A stretch of 56,775 nt of DNA, filler included, from Streblomastix strix (Eukaryota): the NCBI GenBank assembly GCA_008636045.1. It is 3 parts of 3 records of this genome, joined end to end, with 100 filler letters (N's around TTAATTAATTAA, not from the genome) between each part and the next. Parts side by side here need not be neighbours in the genome. Positions count along the whole stretch, not along the records: positions 1 to 18,859 come from SNRW01000571.1; 2 more parts are not named here. The stretch is one strand, 5' to 3'. Under the pieces are notes generated by a model. It had not been told where the DNA came from. It did not search any database and saw only the letters and a program-made list of their open reading frames with translations. Shown here in pieces: positions 1 to 12,500 of this stretch; position 1 is the first letter of the stretch, and every line of letters begins with the position of its first letter. The translations under genes were made by a program, and so were the position numbers.

Positions 1-462
1 AAGTTTGGAGTCGTTGGTGTAAAGTCTTTAAACAAAAAATTAGATAAATTAATGAACAAGACTTTGAACATAAGAGTGATAATGGTGTAAAAGTTGGTGT
101 AAAGTCTTTGAACAAAAGATTAAATGAATGAATAAGACTTTGAATAAAAGATTAAATTAAACTTTTTAAAATAAAAGATTTATGTAAAGACTTTGAATAA
201 AAAAGTATAAGACTTTTAATAAAACTTGAATTAAAAGGCAAACGCTGGGATGAAAACCTCGTGGGGGTGGTGCGAACTATTATTATTTTGCGATGAGGTT
301 ACCAAACTTCTTAAATGAAATGTGTTTGAATAAAAGTAATTTTGAATCTTCAAAATCAGCTAAACTGATAAGAATACACGTCTTAGACGTACGGAAATAA
401 TGATATGAGTCTGGTAATATTGATCTTTTAACTTTATCAATCTCATCTTTTGTTTTGAAAAA

Positions 463-480
463 AGGGTTAGGGTTAGGGTT
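463..480 (+). repeat. Short interstitial telomere-like repeat (AGGGTT)3
   Basis: aggg-ttaggg-ttaggg-tt seen directly, just inside the inverted copy at ~518. Confidence 0.7.
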
Positions 481-784
481 TTCAAAGACATTTTATTATT
501 TAACAATTTTTGGTATGACTTTACACCAACGACTCCAAACTTAAACTTTTATTAATTGATCTTTTTAAAGTTCTACTTTTTTTTTAAAGTTCTTATAAAA
601 GATTACTCACTTATACTTGGCGTGTCGATTTCAAAACATTCAAAATTTCTTTTTATTCAAACACATTTCATTTAAGAAGTTTGGTAACCTCATCGCAAAA
701 TAATGATAAATCCCACCACCCCCACGAGGTCTGGATCCCAGCGTTTGTCTTTTAAACATTTGTCTTTAATTCAAAGTCTTTATA

Positions 785-1230
785 TTTTTCTATAGTTTAT
801 TTTTTATATAGGACTTTTTCCTATAGTTTTTAAAATTCTCGTTTCTCGATCAATTTATCTAGTAGAAAGATAAAAATTAGTGCCAAAGATATTTCAATCG
901 AATTAGAAGATTCTGAGACTCGTACTTTTTTTCGTTAAAAATAGTTTGACATAGGGGTGTTAGACGTTTTTTTTTATCAATAAAAATTTTACTGGACTTT
1001 TCCTAATAAAAATAAAATTCTCATTTCTCCGTCATTTTTTGGAATTGTTTCTTAAGATTTGTACCAAACATAATTCAATCGAGTTAGAACATTCTGAAAC
1101 ACGCAGTTTTTTCATGATAAAAAAGTTGGACATAGGGGTGTTAGACGTTTTTTTTTATCAATAAAAATTTTATTAGACTTTTCCTAATGTTTTTAAAACT
1201 TTAATTTCTCCATGAGTTTCTCTAGTACAA
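785..1230 (+). repeat. Tandem repeat, ~180-200 bp unit, ~2.4 copies
   Basis: TCAATCGA.TTAGAA.ATTCTGA at ~895 and ~1076. GACATAGGGGTGTTAGACGTTTTTTTTTATCAATAAAAATTTTA at ~949 and ~1129. GACTTTTCCTA-like motif at ~792, ~995 and ~1176. Confidence 0.85.
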
Positions 1231-1499
1231 ACAAATTTCTTATAACATTAAAAAGAGAATCATTTATACTACTTAATAAAACAATAAAATTATCATGTTT
1301 AAATTTCAAGTCCTATATAAGAACTATCATCAATAAAAAAAAATTTTTTTTCTTATAAGACTTTACACCAACGACTCCAACATTTATTTCTTTATAAATA
1401 AATTTTAAAAAATTTATTAAAACAAATTTATAAATAAATAATCAAGTTTTAAAAAGTTCTTAAACTTTTTTCATATTTCAAAATATATTTTTTAATAAA

Positions 1500-3510
1500 T
1501 GTATCTTACAAGTAGCATTAAGTTATCATTTATTTTCAAATCTTTTTATTTATTAATATAATTTGATAAATTACACCAGTTACATAACTCATGACGAACT
1601 CGATACGAAATTAGAAACTTTCATAAAATTCCAACCAGTATCGACAAATAAATCTATAAATTAATTTATTTTTATATTCTTTACAACAAATTACAAATTA
1701 TAACCTGAATCATACACATACAATTCGAACAACGACGTGCTACCATTTTTCTAATCAATTTCCAATAAAAAAAAATCATCAGCACGCTCGAGTACTTAAA
1801 TAAAATCCAAACAACAATTATAATCAGTACGAACTCATCGATTCTTACATTTTTCATACAAGCCACCACTAAAAAGCAGCTATTCAAAAAATTCTTAACG
1901 ATTTCTAAATTTTTTTAAAATTCACCATGACATAGCATAACAAATATTTTAAATTTTTTCAAATCTTGAATATTCAACACCATATCTACATAATTCATAC
2001 AACCACTTACAATTTAATTTTTTTTAATATATTAGGAAAGTTTGATAAGCAATTTTCCAATTGTAGAAAACAGAAATTTAGCAAGTAGTAACAACAATCA
2101 GTCATTAATAAATATCACATACATGAGTATAGAGTATGTAACATCATTTACAAATTATTTTCTAAACTATTATAATATCATTCCATGTTATTCAGGCAAA
2201 AATCCCTGATACTTAATGAAAAGAGCTCAAATAAACAAAAAATTCGAACTTCCTACAAAGCTTCTTTGAAATGAACATGAATGAATAATTCATAAAGCTT
2301 CTACAGTATGAAATATTTTATTATATCAATACAAATTATTTATTATTATATTTCTAGGATGGAATTTTTTGAAATCTTTAGAAATCAAAGCAGCATTCAT
2401 TTATTTTCTTAAAAAAACAAATAAATGAAATTTCTCCCAACTAAGCATGTAGCAACAACAAATCCAATACTATACACATGATTCTAAGGTATGAAAAAAA
2501 ACTTCTTTATTCAAATAAAATTAACAATTCTTCATTATCCATACGAATAAGCTTCCAAAAAATAAATCAAGCAACAAATTGAAACATAACAAAACCTTAA
2601 CAAATACTCAAAGTCTTCAAAGATCTAAACAAAATTTCGAATTGAATCTTGTACAGACAATGTATGATGAACATTATTATTTAAATGAAATTAATAAATC
2701 TTTATTATCTTTACTACAGAATGAAGCACCTTTACTAAATTAGAAAAATAAAATTCTGAATGAAAGAAAAAAAAACTCAATAATTCTCATATGCAAGATG
2801 TAGCAATAATATAAATTGATATTAAGTTTTACGGATTCATGTATGAAGTACTTTATTGAATAAATAAATTTCTATTATCTTTATTATCTTTAATACAGAT
2901 TGAAGCATCCTTACAAAAAAATAATAATTTCTAAGATTTACTCAAATACTCGAAGTCAACATAACATGCATTTAGAAATAGTATAATCAGAATCAAATAT
3001 GATATTATGCACCTTATATAGTATGAAAACATTTAATATATCTTGCAAACAATTTATTATTTTCTTATTGAAACAGGATTAACAATATAAATAATTGGAG
3101 TTTATTACTTATAAGAAATAAATTTTTTTCCGATTGTTTCTATGCACATCACGAATCAATTAATTTCAACTAATCAAATGAAACACAATACAAACGAACA
3201 TTATAATAATGCATAAAACATTTAATTTCATTTTCTTTTATAAGAAAGTATTGAATCACAACTTATATATATTAGAAGAAGAAATAAAATTTTTAAACTT
3301 ATAAAAAATCTCCTACATCCACATAATCAATCTCATAAAGCATCTATTATACATATAGTATATGATATATTTATTATTTTATACAATTCATTAAATTTCC
3401 TCTATTATCCAAAATTTTGAATAAATTAAAGAAAAGGGCTAAATAAGGTCAAAAATAAGCAAACTTCAAAATCATCTCCTGCCAAAACGGCTCCACCAAA
3501 ATCTTTTATA
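1500..3510 (+). pseudogene. Decayed multi-exon helical-repeat (ARM/HEAT-like) gene, one repeat per exon
   Basis: GTATG(A/T) donors recur at ~2133, 2306, 2489, 2662, 2841 and 3021 (~175-180 bp period). In most units a short AT-rich intron ending in YAG (e.g. TACAG at ~2719, ~2898) precedes a ~120-nt exon. Several exons contain TGA or frameshifts. Confidence 0.4.
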
Positions 3511-3714
3511 TTCTTAATATGTGCTTACAATGTCATATGCTTTGCATCCATATAGTTTATATTGAAATTTAATTTTCACTCAAAATTAACCCTAACCCAA
3601 TAGAACATTAGAGAAAATGAGAAGAAAAACATATATATATTGGAAAAAAAAAAATAAAAAAAATGGATATATATGATATGAAATTAAATGGGTTGATTGG
3701 TAGGTTAGTATCAT

Positions 3715-3890
3715 TCAATCATCTAATATCTCAACATAAGGATCATTCTTTTATATATATATAAAAAGAAAGATTATTGAATAAGATCAAATAAAAACAA
3801 ACCAACAAATCAGCAATTGGAATACCATTCCAGTTCCGATGCAAACTATCCCTGAACTTTGGCATACGAGGAGGAGGAGGGGTATGATGT

Positions 3891-3925
<35 letters not shown>

Positions 3926-4960
3926 TTCTTCTTCTTTTTCTTTTTGATTTTGTTCTTATTCTTCATCATCGTCTCTACATAAATAAAAAAAAATTAAAAT
4001 AATTATTAAATTGAATTACAAACAAAGTCAGATCAATTGTCACTCTTTCTTTGTCAATGTTATCGAACTCTCCATCCTCTTCTCCAATCTCCAATTCGAA
4101 CTCCTCCTTTATTGGAGTATGGCCAAGGTCTTAATTTCAAACAAAAAAAAATATATTAAAATTTTTATTACATATACATACCTTCATACACTGCATTTTT
4201 TTCTACAAGATACTTCCCGTCCTGCAGGTACACTTTGTACCACTCGTCTCTGTAGACGAGGACCTTCTCGGGCTCTGGAACTGGCACAACTATCGATGGA
4301 TCGACCCACTTCTTGCGTTTGCGCTTCACCTTGTCTACCCAGATGGGCTGGCCGGTCCAGTCTAATTCTTAAAAAAATAATAAATAGATTGTTTCGATCA
4401 AAATATTATAAAATGATTAAATGATGGAAAAAATCAAGTTTTTAATTTTTAGAGCCATTGTGTTGTATAAATGAATGATTTGTGTTTATATTGATGTGTT
4501 GTAATTATAACTATCAAAATATCATACCGAATCCGTTGGTGACGAAGGGGGGATGCATCAATTACTCGATTTATGGAATATTCACAAGATAATATCACGG
4601 ACGATTGTAATAATTTGTATAACTCATCTCATTTGCTACAATAAATTAATACAAAGTAAATTTATACTGTTTCAGGTGCAAATAAATTATTAACTTTTAT
4701 ATTTTTTTTCTCAAATACTTATAAACCAATTAAATTGCAACTATCACAATATCATCTATAATAAATTGAACATCTAAATATGATGGTTGTGTGCAATGGC
4801 ATCTTTTTCATACAATATTCTTTTATAAATAAACAGCAGACTAAAAAGAAACTTGTAATTTTTTTTTTAAAAATAATTGGAATTTTCAATAAACAAAAAA
4901 ATTGGAAAACAAACAGTTAGATATTAAAATAATTGTATTTAAAAATTTAATAATTATATA
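3715..4960 (-). CDS. Spliced hypothetical protein with acidic and poly-His C-terminal tract (may be the 3' part of the zinc-finger gene)
   Basis: Code-6 exons: ELDWTGQPIWVDKVKRKRKKWVDPSIVVPVPEPEKVLVYRDEWYKVYLQDG (~4182-4368), DLGHTPIKEEFELEIGEEDGEF (~4020-4128) and DDDEEQEQNQKEKEEE-poly-H-TPPPPRMPKFRDS (~3805-3975), with GT..AG introns. Both ends uncertain. Confidence 0.5.
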
Positions 4961-5012
4961 CTTGGTGATGTGATAGACTGCTTTTCAAGCATATGGTACT
5001 AGTCAATCATCT

Positions 5013-6733
5013 TCATTTCTTTGGAACTTGTCTGCAGAACAGATAGGAAGGCGAACTTTTAGTTAAGCGAACCATCTCCTCCATCTCCCGCACTCGGAAT
5101 GTTACGTAGTCCCCATCAATAGGCCCCTTAGCTACAGTTCTTCTAGTGTAAGGTGACTGATACACCACCTCCATCATCTGTTCGCCCAGCTCATAGTTTT
5201 CTGTGTTTATAAAAATAAAAAAAAAAAAATTATTAAAATATATAGTATTAACCGTCGTTCACATCAGTTTCACTTATATCGAAATCATCTCCAAGAGCAG
5301 GAATATTAGCACGATAGCCTTCAGGGAGAGTTATCCGGCGGTCCAGCTTCATTTATTCGCTTCGTACAGCGGAATCGTCGCGCGGGTTCGACTGCCTCTC
5401 ATCAGCGTCAACTTGTGCTGCGATGGACTGCTACAATTAATATATAATAAAAAAACAAATAAAAATATGAATGTTATATCGAAATAGACGGGTAAAAGCT
5501 TTTTCTCTTTCAAGCTTCATCGCCAGCCATTGAGCAGCGCACTGCTTGTACGCGAAGAACCCGCGTTTGATGGAGAAGTCGTCGCAGTATAATATTTTTT
5601 CATTGTCAATGAAATGCTTAGTGGTCTTGAAGGCAGCCATAAGCATTTCATCGCTCATCGACGCGCTGGGTTTAAAATGGTATGATAATGATATAAAATA
5701 AATTAATAATATACGTACTAGTCAACATCAATTTTGAAACTGTCGATCAGTTGGCGCATCATGATGTCCATCTTGGATTGTTGGGAAAATTATGCCCCTG
5801 CTACGTTGGGAAAATAAGGCCCGTACGGCGCCTTTGCGTGTATTATGTAGTTATTAGTATACAGATGTACTCAATAAAGTATATATTTGAAAAATTAAAG
5901 CAAGTATTATTTTTAATATTTAGGCTAATTTTATTTGGAATACTCACAAAAATCCACACAAAGAACATGTATAAAATTGCGGGTTTTTTTTATTGACAAT
6001 CGTGATCATAACTGTTCTTAACCACTATATATGACATCAAACCTCCTTAGGCATTGCTAATATTAATAAAAGGTTGTGTTTATACAATCATAGGACAAAT
6101 TTATTGCTTCTTTTTCAATCATTAAATATATCCGAAGTTTATATTGAAGTCTATCTCCTCTGTAGTCGTGATTGTATCCTTGTTTTTCAATCTTATTTCC
6201 TCCTCCTGTGCAAGTTTGTTCTTAATTCTGAGAGTCTCGTAACATGGGCTATCAAGGGGATGCAAGTTCGATGCGAAGATCAGCAGCTAGTCCGTCTGTC
6301 AAGTAAAAAGGTATGATTTGAATAAATTAGTATAGAACTTTGGTAGAAACATACATTAATACTGTGCTTATCTATGTAGTGAAGCACTGCTTTGTCGTAC
6401 GTGTCAAATGTTTCGTTGCATTATTCGTATCTGCATGTGTAGCCATCCCTCACGAAATGCCCTGCCAAATGAAGCTTATACATGGTGGTTCCTAGCCCTT
6501 AGTACGGACAGCCTGGTACAGGACACTTTATTGCTGAAGTGTATTCGGAAAAAGGCAAAATTTAATTTTTTTACATTTTTAAATTTTTTTTCGCTGCTAT
6601 CTAGGCCCGGCATACTGATGAACTGTGCTCTATCATCGTATATTCTGTCCCCTTTGCGTATGCGAATGTCGGTTGTCAAGCATTTGAGCTGCTCCAACTG
6701 GATAGCCCCGAAAGATTCGCCTTTATAAGCCAT
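5013..6733 (-). CDS. Spliced C2H2 zinc-finger protein
   Basis: Removing intron ~6614-6534 (GTATGC..CTTCAG) gives IKCPVPGCPYQGLGTTMYKLHLAGHF and YTCRYEQCNETFDTYDKAVLHYIDKH, two C2H2 fingers at ~6365-6525. Further exons at ~6295-6000, 5830-5718, 5665-5490, 5432-5255 and 5200-5013. Start and end uncertain. Confidence 0.6.
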
Positions 6734-7202
6734 TCCAGAAATAGACAAAAACGGGAAAAATGTCGACTATGGAGCATTGGCTTATTTGGTATAAAAATGA
6801 AAGGAGGATAAAGGGACATGGGTATAATATAGATAATGATTGTTTATAAAAGTGCCTGCATTCTATATATATATTAATAATTCATTCATATTTACTACTA
6901 TATATACGTGTGTTGGGTGTATGCGATAGTTTCGAAATGCCAAAATTAAAACTAATCCTCAAATAAAAGTGTATATTATGATAGTGAAAGGGAGATTGAA
7001 GAATATTATCAAACTTTGTAAGATTAAGGAGAAAGGTTTTTACTACACTTTAAAATTAAACTCTTATCTAATCATTATATTTTCTTAATCAATCTATATT
7101 CCCCATATTTTTTTTCTTATCTTCTTCATTGAATTTTCCCCATATGAAATGAATAATTTTATCACAATGTACCTCATATATGTATAAGTGAACGAGTCAT
7201 GA

Positions 7203-8483
7203 TCACTATTCAGCAGTACTTGTATTTTTTTCCTTGAGCTACTGCATGTAACTCAACTCCATAAGCCTTCTTGTGTTCCTCAGTGTCATTCTGAATTATA
7301 GGAACTCGTTGAATTTCATCAAATCACTCTGATACGTCGAATCAACCTTCCTTCTATTGGCAAGGTCTCCTTTTATTTGCACATTGGCTGTCCTGATACC
7401 AGGTTGCTGCAGCTGCAGACATCCATTGCTTGAGCTTGAGGCACTCCCTTGGGTGTTATAAGCAAGCTTCATTTGCAATTCTTTTATCTTTATTAGTTTC
7501 TGGTCTCTCTCTAGAGCATCTCTCTCAGCACGGAGCTTCATGGTGTCCTTCATATTGGCTAGTCTTACGTAATTTAGCATCTCTGGGTCCTTCTTGCACT
7601 ACCAAAGTATGAAATCATCCTTTCTCACCAGATCACCTGTTATAGTTTATACGTACCCATTGATTCTTTCTGATAGTAATTTATATAAATTAATAAAATA
7701 ACAAATGAAATAATTAATATATTTAACAAATTATCTTGAAAATTTATAAGCAGAAAATTTCTTATTTTTAAAAAAAAAACTGTAGATATCAAGATTAAAT
7801 TATTAACCTTCTTCTTTAGCAATTACGTTTGCATATATCAACATTTAAGCTTTTTCAAGCATAGTCGCCTCACTTTCCTTCTTCTATTGCCAATCGCCAC
7901 CAAGTTTTTTCTTCAAAAGTTCGATGTCGGGTAGCTAAGCTAAACCAACCAACTTGTACATGAACCTCGTATCATTATCGGCCCAGTCGTACAACCATGG
8001 ACAATATCCAATCTGAAAAATACACAATACAAACAGATTAGTAGCCAGAATTATGAAAATTTGTCATCGAAAAATAAAAATTCCCGTCTCATACTCGGTT
8101 GTTGTCTAGAACTGTGTCAGGTATTCTAAAATCAGAAGGAACTGATAGCAATAAATTTTTAGAAGTAGCTGTCAGACTATCTTCCATCTTTTCGTTCAAG
8201 AGATGAATTTCTGGATCACCATTTCTTAGTTCCGTACCTTCGGATTCAAGTCTGCTTATAATGCTGTGGTTGCTTAAGTCATCAGAGATTAGACCTGGCA
8301 ATAAATTATAACTTAAAGTTATTTGGAAGGGTCACTAATATTGAAGACAAGAGAACCAAATAAAAATAATAAAAAAATTTGTTATATTAATAAATTCAAT
8401 TTGGCTTTTTTAAGAAGAAGTTTATATATTTGTTTTAATTTGTGAAATGGTGAAATGAAACTGTACTCGAAGCTTCTGTTCAT
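7203..8483 (-). CDS. Spliced hypothetical protein with coiled-coil segment
   Basis: Code-6 exons ~8294-8095 (LISDDLSNH..), ~8013-7808 (IGYCPWLYDWADNDTRFMYKLVG..) and ~7670-7203 (..MKLRAERDALERDQKLIKIKELQ..TSTAEQ*) join in phase through GT..AG introns. TGA at 7203-7205. Candidate ATG at 8483. Confidence 0.6.
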
Positions 8484-8488
8484 TAGTA

Positions 8489-9528
8489 TCAATTGACCTT
8501 ATGTCGGCTGTTCCACTCGCATGCTATATCTTCGACACTCATCTTAATTAGATACCTTCTATAAGCAGGTACAAATTTATCAGCTTGGCCCTTCACAGCG
8601 ATCTTATCAGTACGATTAATGTTATGATCAAACAGCCCAGGAAGTTCCAGCTATCTTCTCACTAAGAAATCAGCATACTCATCTCGGACAGTCGCAATGT
8701 TCACTACTCCATGCTCATTGAACCCATGATTCAGGAAATACCATAACATCCTTATTACATAGTATCCACAGTACCCATAAGTCAAAGGCGGTTAGTGAAA
8801 TGTCACGTAATGATGTCTTCGCTGCGCTATAGCATTGAACCTTTGCTTGATATCCAACAATCTGTGAATTGATTCTTCATCTAGAGAGTCTAAATGCTTC
8901 TTTATACATTGAAAGCACCCACTTACATGCCCAAATACTTTCTCAATCGCTTGTCTTTGGTAATTGCCATCGCTAATTGAGTCCTGCGCGTATATAGCTG
9001 CGTTTGCATAGTCAAGAACAACAAGTACGTAGTGGTCCAGTACGTGGACTATAAAAAATGTAATTTAATGGGTTACGCTATTCACATACCTCATTGCAAC
9101 ATCAAGCGTTCTCCCCTTCCCTTCGTGCCATTGTACGTCCGTGTCCACTGGATATACGAAACCGAAATCACGAGTCCCATGTATCAGCTATTGTGCAGCT
9201 ATATCTGGACCTGATGGATGAGTAACAACATGTCTGCATAACTGCTCGAGTTCAAATTGATTCATCCCAGATACAAGACCTTGTTGAATTTATGCAAGGA
9301 GAAGCAGCGCATTATCATGTCCTCTACGATCTTTCGGTACTTCATCATATTCTAATTCCTCATCTGGAACATTTCTTCTGTTATTCTCTGCTTGGATTTA
9401 TTCTCCTTCTCCCTCATTTTCTAGATCTATTTCAATTACTTCAACAGTTAATTTTTGCATATCTTTTGCGAGATCTGGCTTTCTCAACCATGTTGCGAAG
9501 GATTGCTGAATGATATAATATTGGGTTG

Positions 9529-9565
<37 letters not shown>

Positions 9566-12500
9566 ATTATTATATCATACCACATTAATCTGTATTATTT
9601 ACATTTATATCAAATAAACACTAATAATATTGATTTAAAATAAACCTTTTCATCATCCACCAGTAGTTACATCAATTAATCCTTCTCACTAATATTCACA
9701 GTCTCATTCATCTATTCATCATTGTTCGATTGCACAGGTTCCTTGGATTCTTGAGGTTCGGGAGATGGAACTTTATCCTCATTTCCAAATATAGAATCAT
9801 CACTATCACCCTCATTCTCTGCATTTTCTTTTTCCTCAACTTCATCTTTATCCATTAGAGTTTATTCAACCTTAATAGTTTGTTCTTCCAATTTCTTTTC
9901 TTTTATCTGTTTCCCCTTTTCTTTTCTTTTACCAGCTTCTTCAGGTCTTTAGAAGTTCATATTTGGATACAACATGTTGAATTCAGTTAAACTATTAGGC
10001 ACAATCAAATTGGCAACGGGGTCATTGTACAGTCGATCCATTATTATCTAATTCTGTTCGTTTCGCATCTTTATCTGCTAAGATTTCTACAATCTAATCT
10101 AATCATTAATTATTTTACTTTCAGATTGCTCTTTCTTCTTTTCCTACACCTTAATTTGAAGCTGCATCATCTTACGCCTTGTGGATTCTTCTGAACTTTT
10201 GAAGATATCGTCGTCGTAGCCTTCAAATTGTGGATCTTTAAACATCATACGCGGAGGATCCTAGTGTAGTATATAAAAAATGAAAATATAAATTAAATTA
10301 CTTAATAAATAAAAAAAAAAAAAAAATGTTCGGAATGATTTGTTTTGGAACTATATTCAATAATTATTAAAATATATACATAAGAAGTTAAACTTGATTA
10401 TATTAATATGATTGTCATACTGTTTCGAACGAGCGCGGATGCGGTGTTGGATCAGGTTCACGTTTGAAGGTTTGAAATTATGAGTAATGTTTATTATGAG
10501 CTGGCCTCGCGCGTTTCTTCTTGTCGTGCTGTATTACGACTTATTTCTCAGATGAGGCTGTAGCTTTGTTGATTATTTATGAGGGATATAGAACTAAATC
10601 GTTCGCAGGAGGCTCTGCAGGCAAAATCAAAAAATTTAGCAAATTAAAAAATACGGTAAACTGTAAAAGGAATATTCCGCTGGCACACCTTCATCTTTTT
10701 GCATCATGCTTTCTTCTAGGTACCCTTCTGCAAGCGTGTTGGTAATGTACTCATCTTCTGGATTATAGTACTAGTTATAGTATGGTAGCTCGCCCAGATA
10801 GTCGGGTTCGAAATTTCCAAGAGCGAATGGCGAAGTGGCCCGCGAATTGGATGGCCTTAATAAGTAAATAATAAAATATTTAATATAATATGTGCATATA
10901 AGCCATAATAATAAATATTTGATATTGTGTTGGGTCGATATTTGAATGTTTGTAAAAAACATCGTTTGCTGCCCGCGCTTTTAGCTATTTCGCATACAAT
11001 ATGTCGTTTGGATCCTCCGTCGGTCGAAACCACGTACTATCGTCATGTTCTGGAGAAGCACCCTACTCGTCGCCGCTCGGAAATTGCCACTTGAAAAACA
11101 TTGGGGAGTCGATTGGCCACTTGAAATATTTATTAAGATTGTACATAAAATAAATCATTTCAAGCCTCATTATAATTAAATATAATATTTATTATGTACA
11201 TGTAGTGAAGTTGGTGTTCTGAGGTTGGGAAATAAATAAAAAATAGCACGCATATATATATTTATAGAGATATATTTACGTTCATCTGCTCCTCTTCGTA
11301 TGGGTACTGCTCTTGCGATGTGGAACTTTAGAAGAAGAAGAGGAAGAAGATTTAGAAGATGGTTATTTTGAAGGTGGAGAGTATGTAGATGAAGAAGAAG
11401 AAGAAGAAGACTGAAGGGGCTTTTTGGTAGGCTTTTTGGAAGAGGATAGTGAATCAGGAAATTTAGATGGAATCTTCTTCGAAGTAGGCTTAGGTGCGTG
11501 CTTTGCTTTATGAGGATGTTCTTTCTCTTTTACATTCCCAGACTTGCCATGTACAACTGAACCTCTCCTGGTTTTTATGTAGGTCTCTTCCTCGCTTGAT
11601 ATTACTTCTGCATCCTAATCTTCTTCACCAGTCAAACCTTTTATAAATTCAGATTCATCGTTCTATTCATCATCTTCATCCTCGCCATTCGGACCGATTG
11701 CTTCTTAATCTGACCTTGATCTGTTATTATTATCATCATCATCATCATCATCATCATCATCTTCATCATCTCTAAGAATAGTTCTATTATTAGTTCTGCT
11801 GCTTGGACTTAAACTCGGTCTCTTCTTCACAACTTTCTTATCAACTTCCATTTGCACCTTCGTGCGCCTTGACTTCATATTTGTCACATGCTCATCAGTT
11901 ATCCTTAAGTTCGCGGCGCGACTCCTGTTCCAGAATGGTTCATTATCTTCCGGGATCATTATTTACGTGCGCTCAATTGGGAATCCTTTCCCCCCAACTG
12001 GCAATTTTCCTAACATTCTACCCATCATCATACTTAATCCCAAATTCTCATTCAAACGTCTGTGATACTCCATACCATCCACAATAGTACCATTTCGCAG
12101 TTGAATTAATTTGGAACGAAGTACTAATAATGGGATATATTTATTAATTCATATATTAAAAATATATAATTTAGTAATAATCGTACATATTGATATACAT
12201 ATTGTATGTAATTGGTATTTATTATATATACATAACATTTATAAATTAACATAGTTACATAATAAGTTGGCTTGCACTATGGATGTAGATAGACATTGTT
12301 GGAACTCTCGCCCAGTTAATTCTGATATGTTTTTGTTCTCAAAATCTGTTCCTATCTAATTCCTAATCACATTGATATCTGGGAACTGCTTCTTAGCCAT
12401 GACCCTGTTAGAATCTACTACTATTGGATTATCAGGTGTCATTCCTGGCCACGCATCCATAATGTGTTGCAGATCTGGAAATGCTTCATATGTCTGAATT

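Larger units (their letters stand above)
1..1382. mobile_element. Non-coding inverted-repeat element complex (MITE-like, probably two related copies in opposite orientation)
   Basis: GTTTGGAGTCGTTGGTGTAAAGTC at 3-26 has reverse-complement copies at ~518-541 and ~1359-1382. A ~100-bp block at ~236-336 recurs inverted at ~650-750. Short AAGACTTTGAA-like sub-repeats lie at 55-215. No coding frame recognised. Confidence 0.55.

Noticed and set aside
362..410. Possible hammerhead ribozyme (CTGATAAG..hairpin..GAAA)
   Set aside because: The core reads CUGAUAA rather than CUGANGA, and no convincing stems I/III were found.
463..480. True chromosome end
   Set aside because: Only three hexamers, internal and flanked by repeat-element sequence.
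1..1382. CRISPR array
   Set aside because: The repeats are inverted or long tandem units without unique regular spacers, there are no cas genes, and the context is eukaryotic.
3470..3505. Minus-strand DFGGAVLAGDD as a kinase DFG motif
   Set aside because: No HRD or other kinase motifs nearby; likely a chance match.
12048..12050. A third in-frame TGA in the protease gene
   Set aside because: Recounting the C6 run at ~11990-11995 places it in a different frame; the coding frame is open there.
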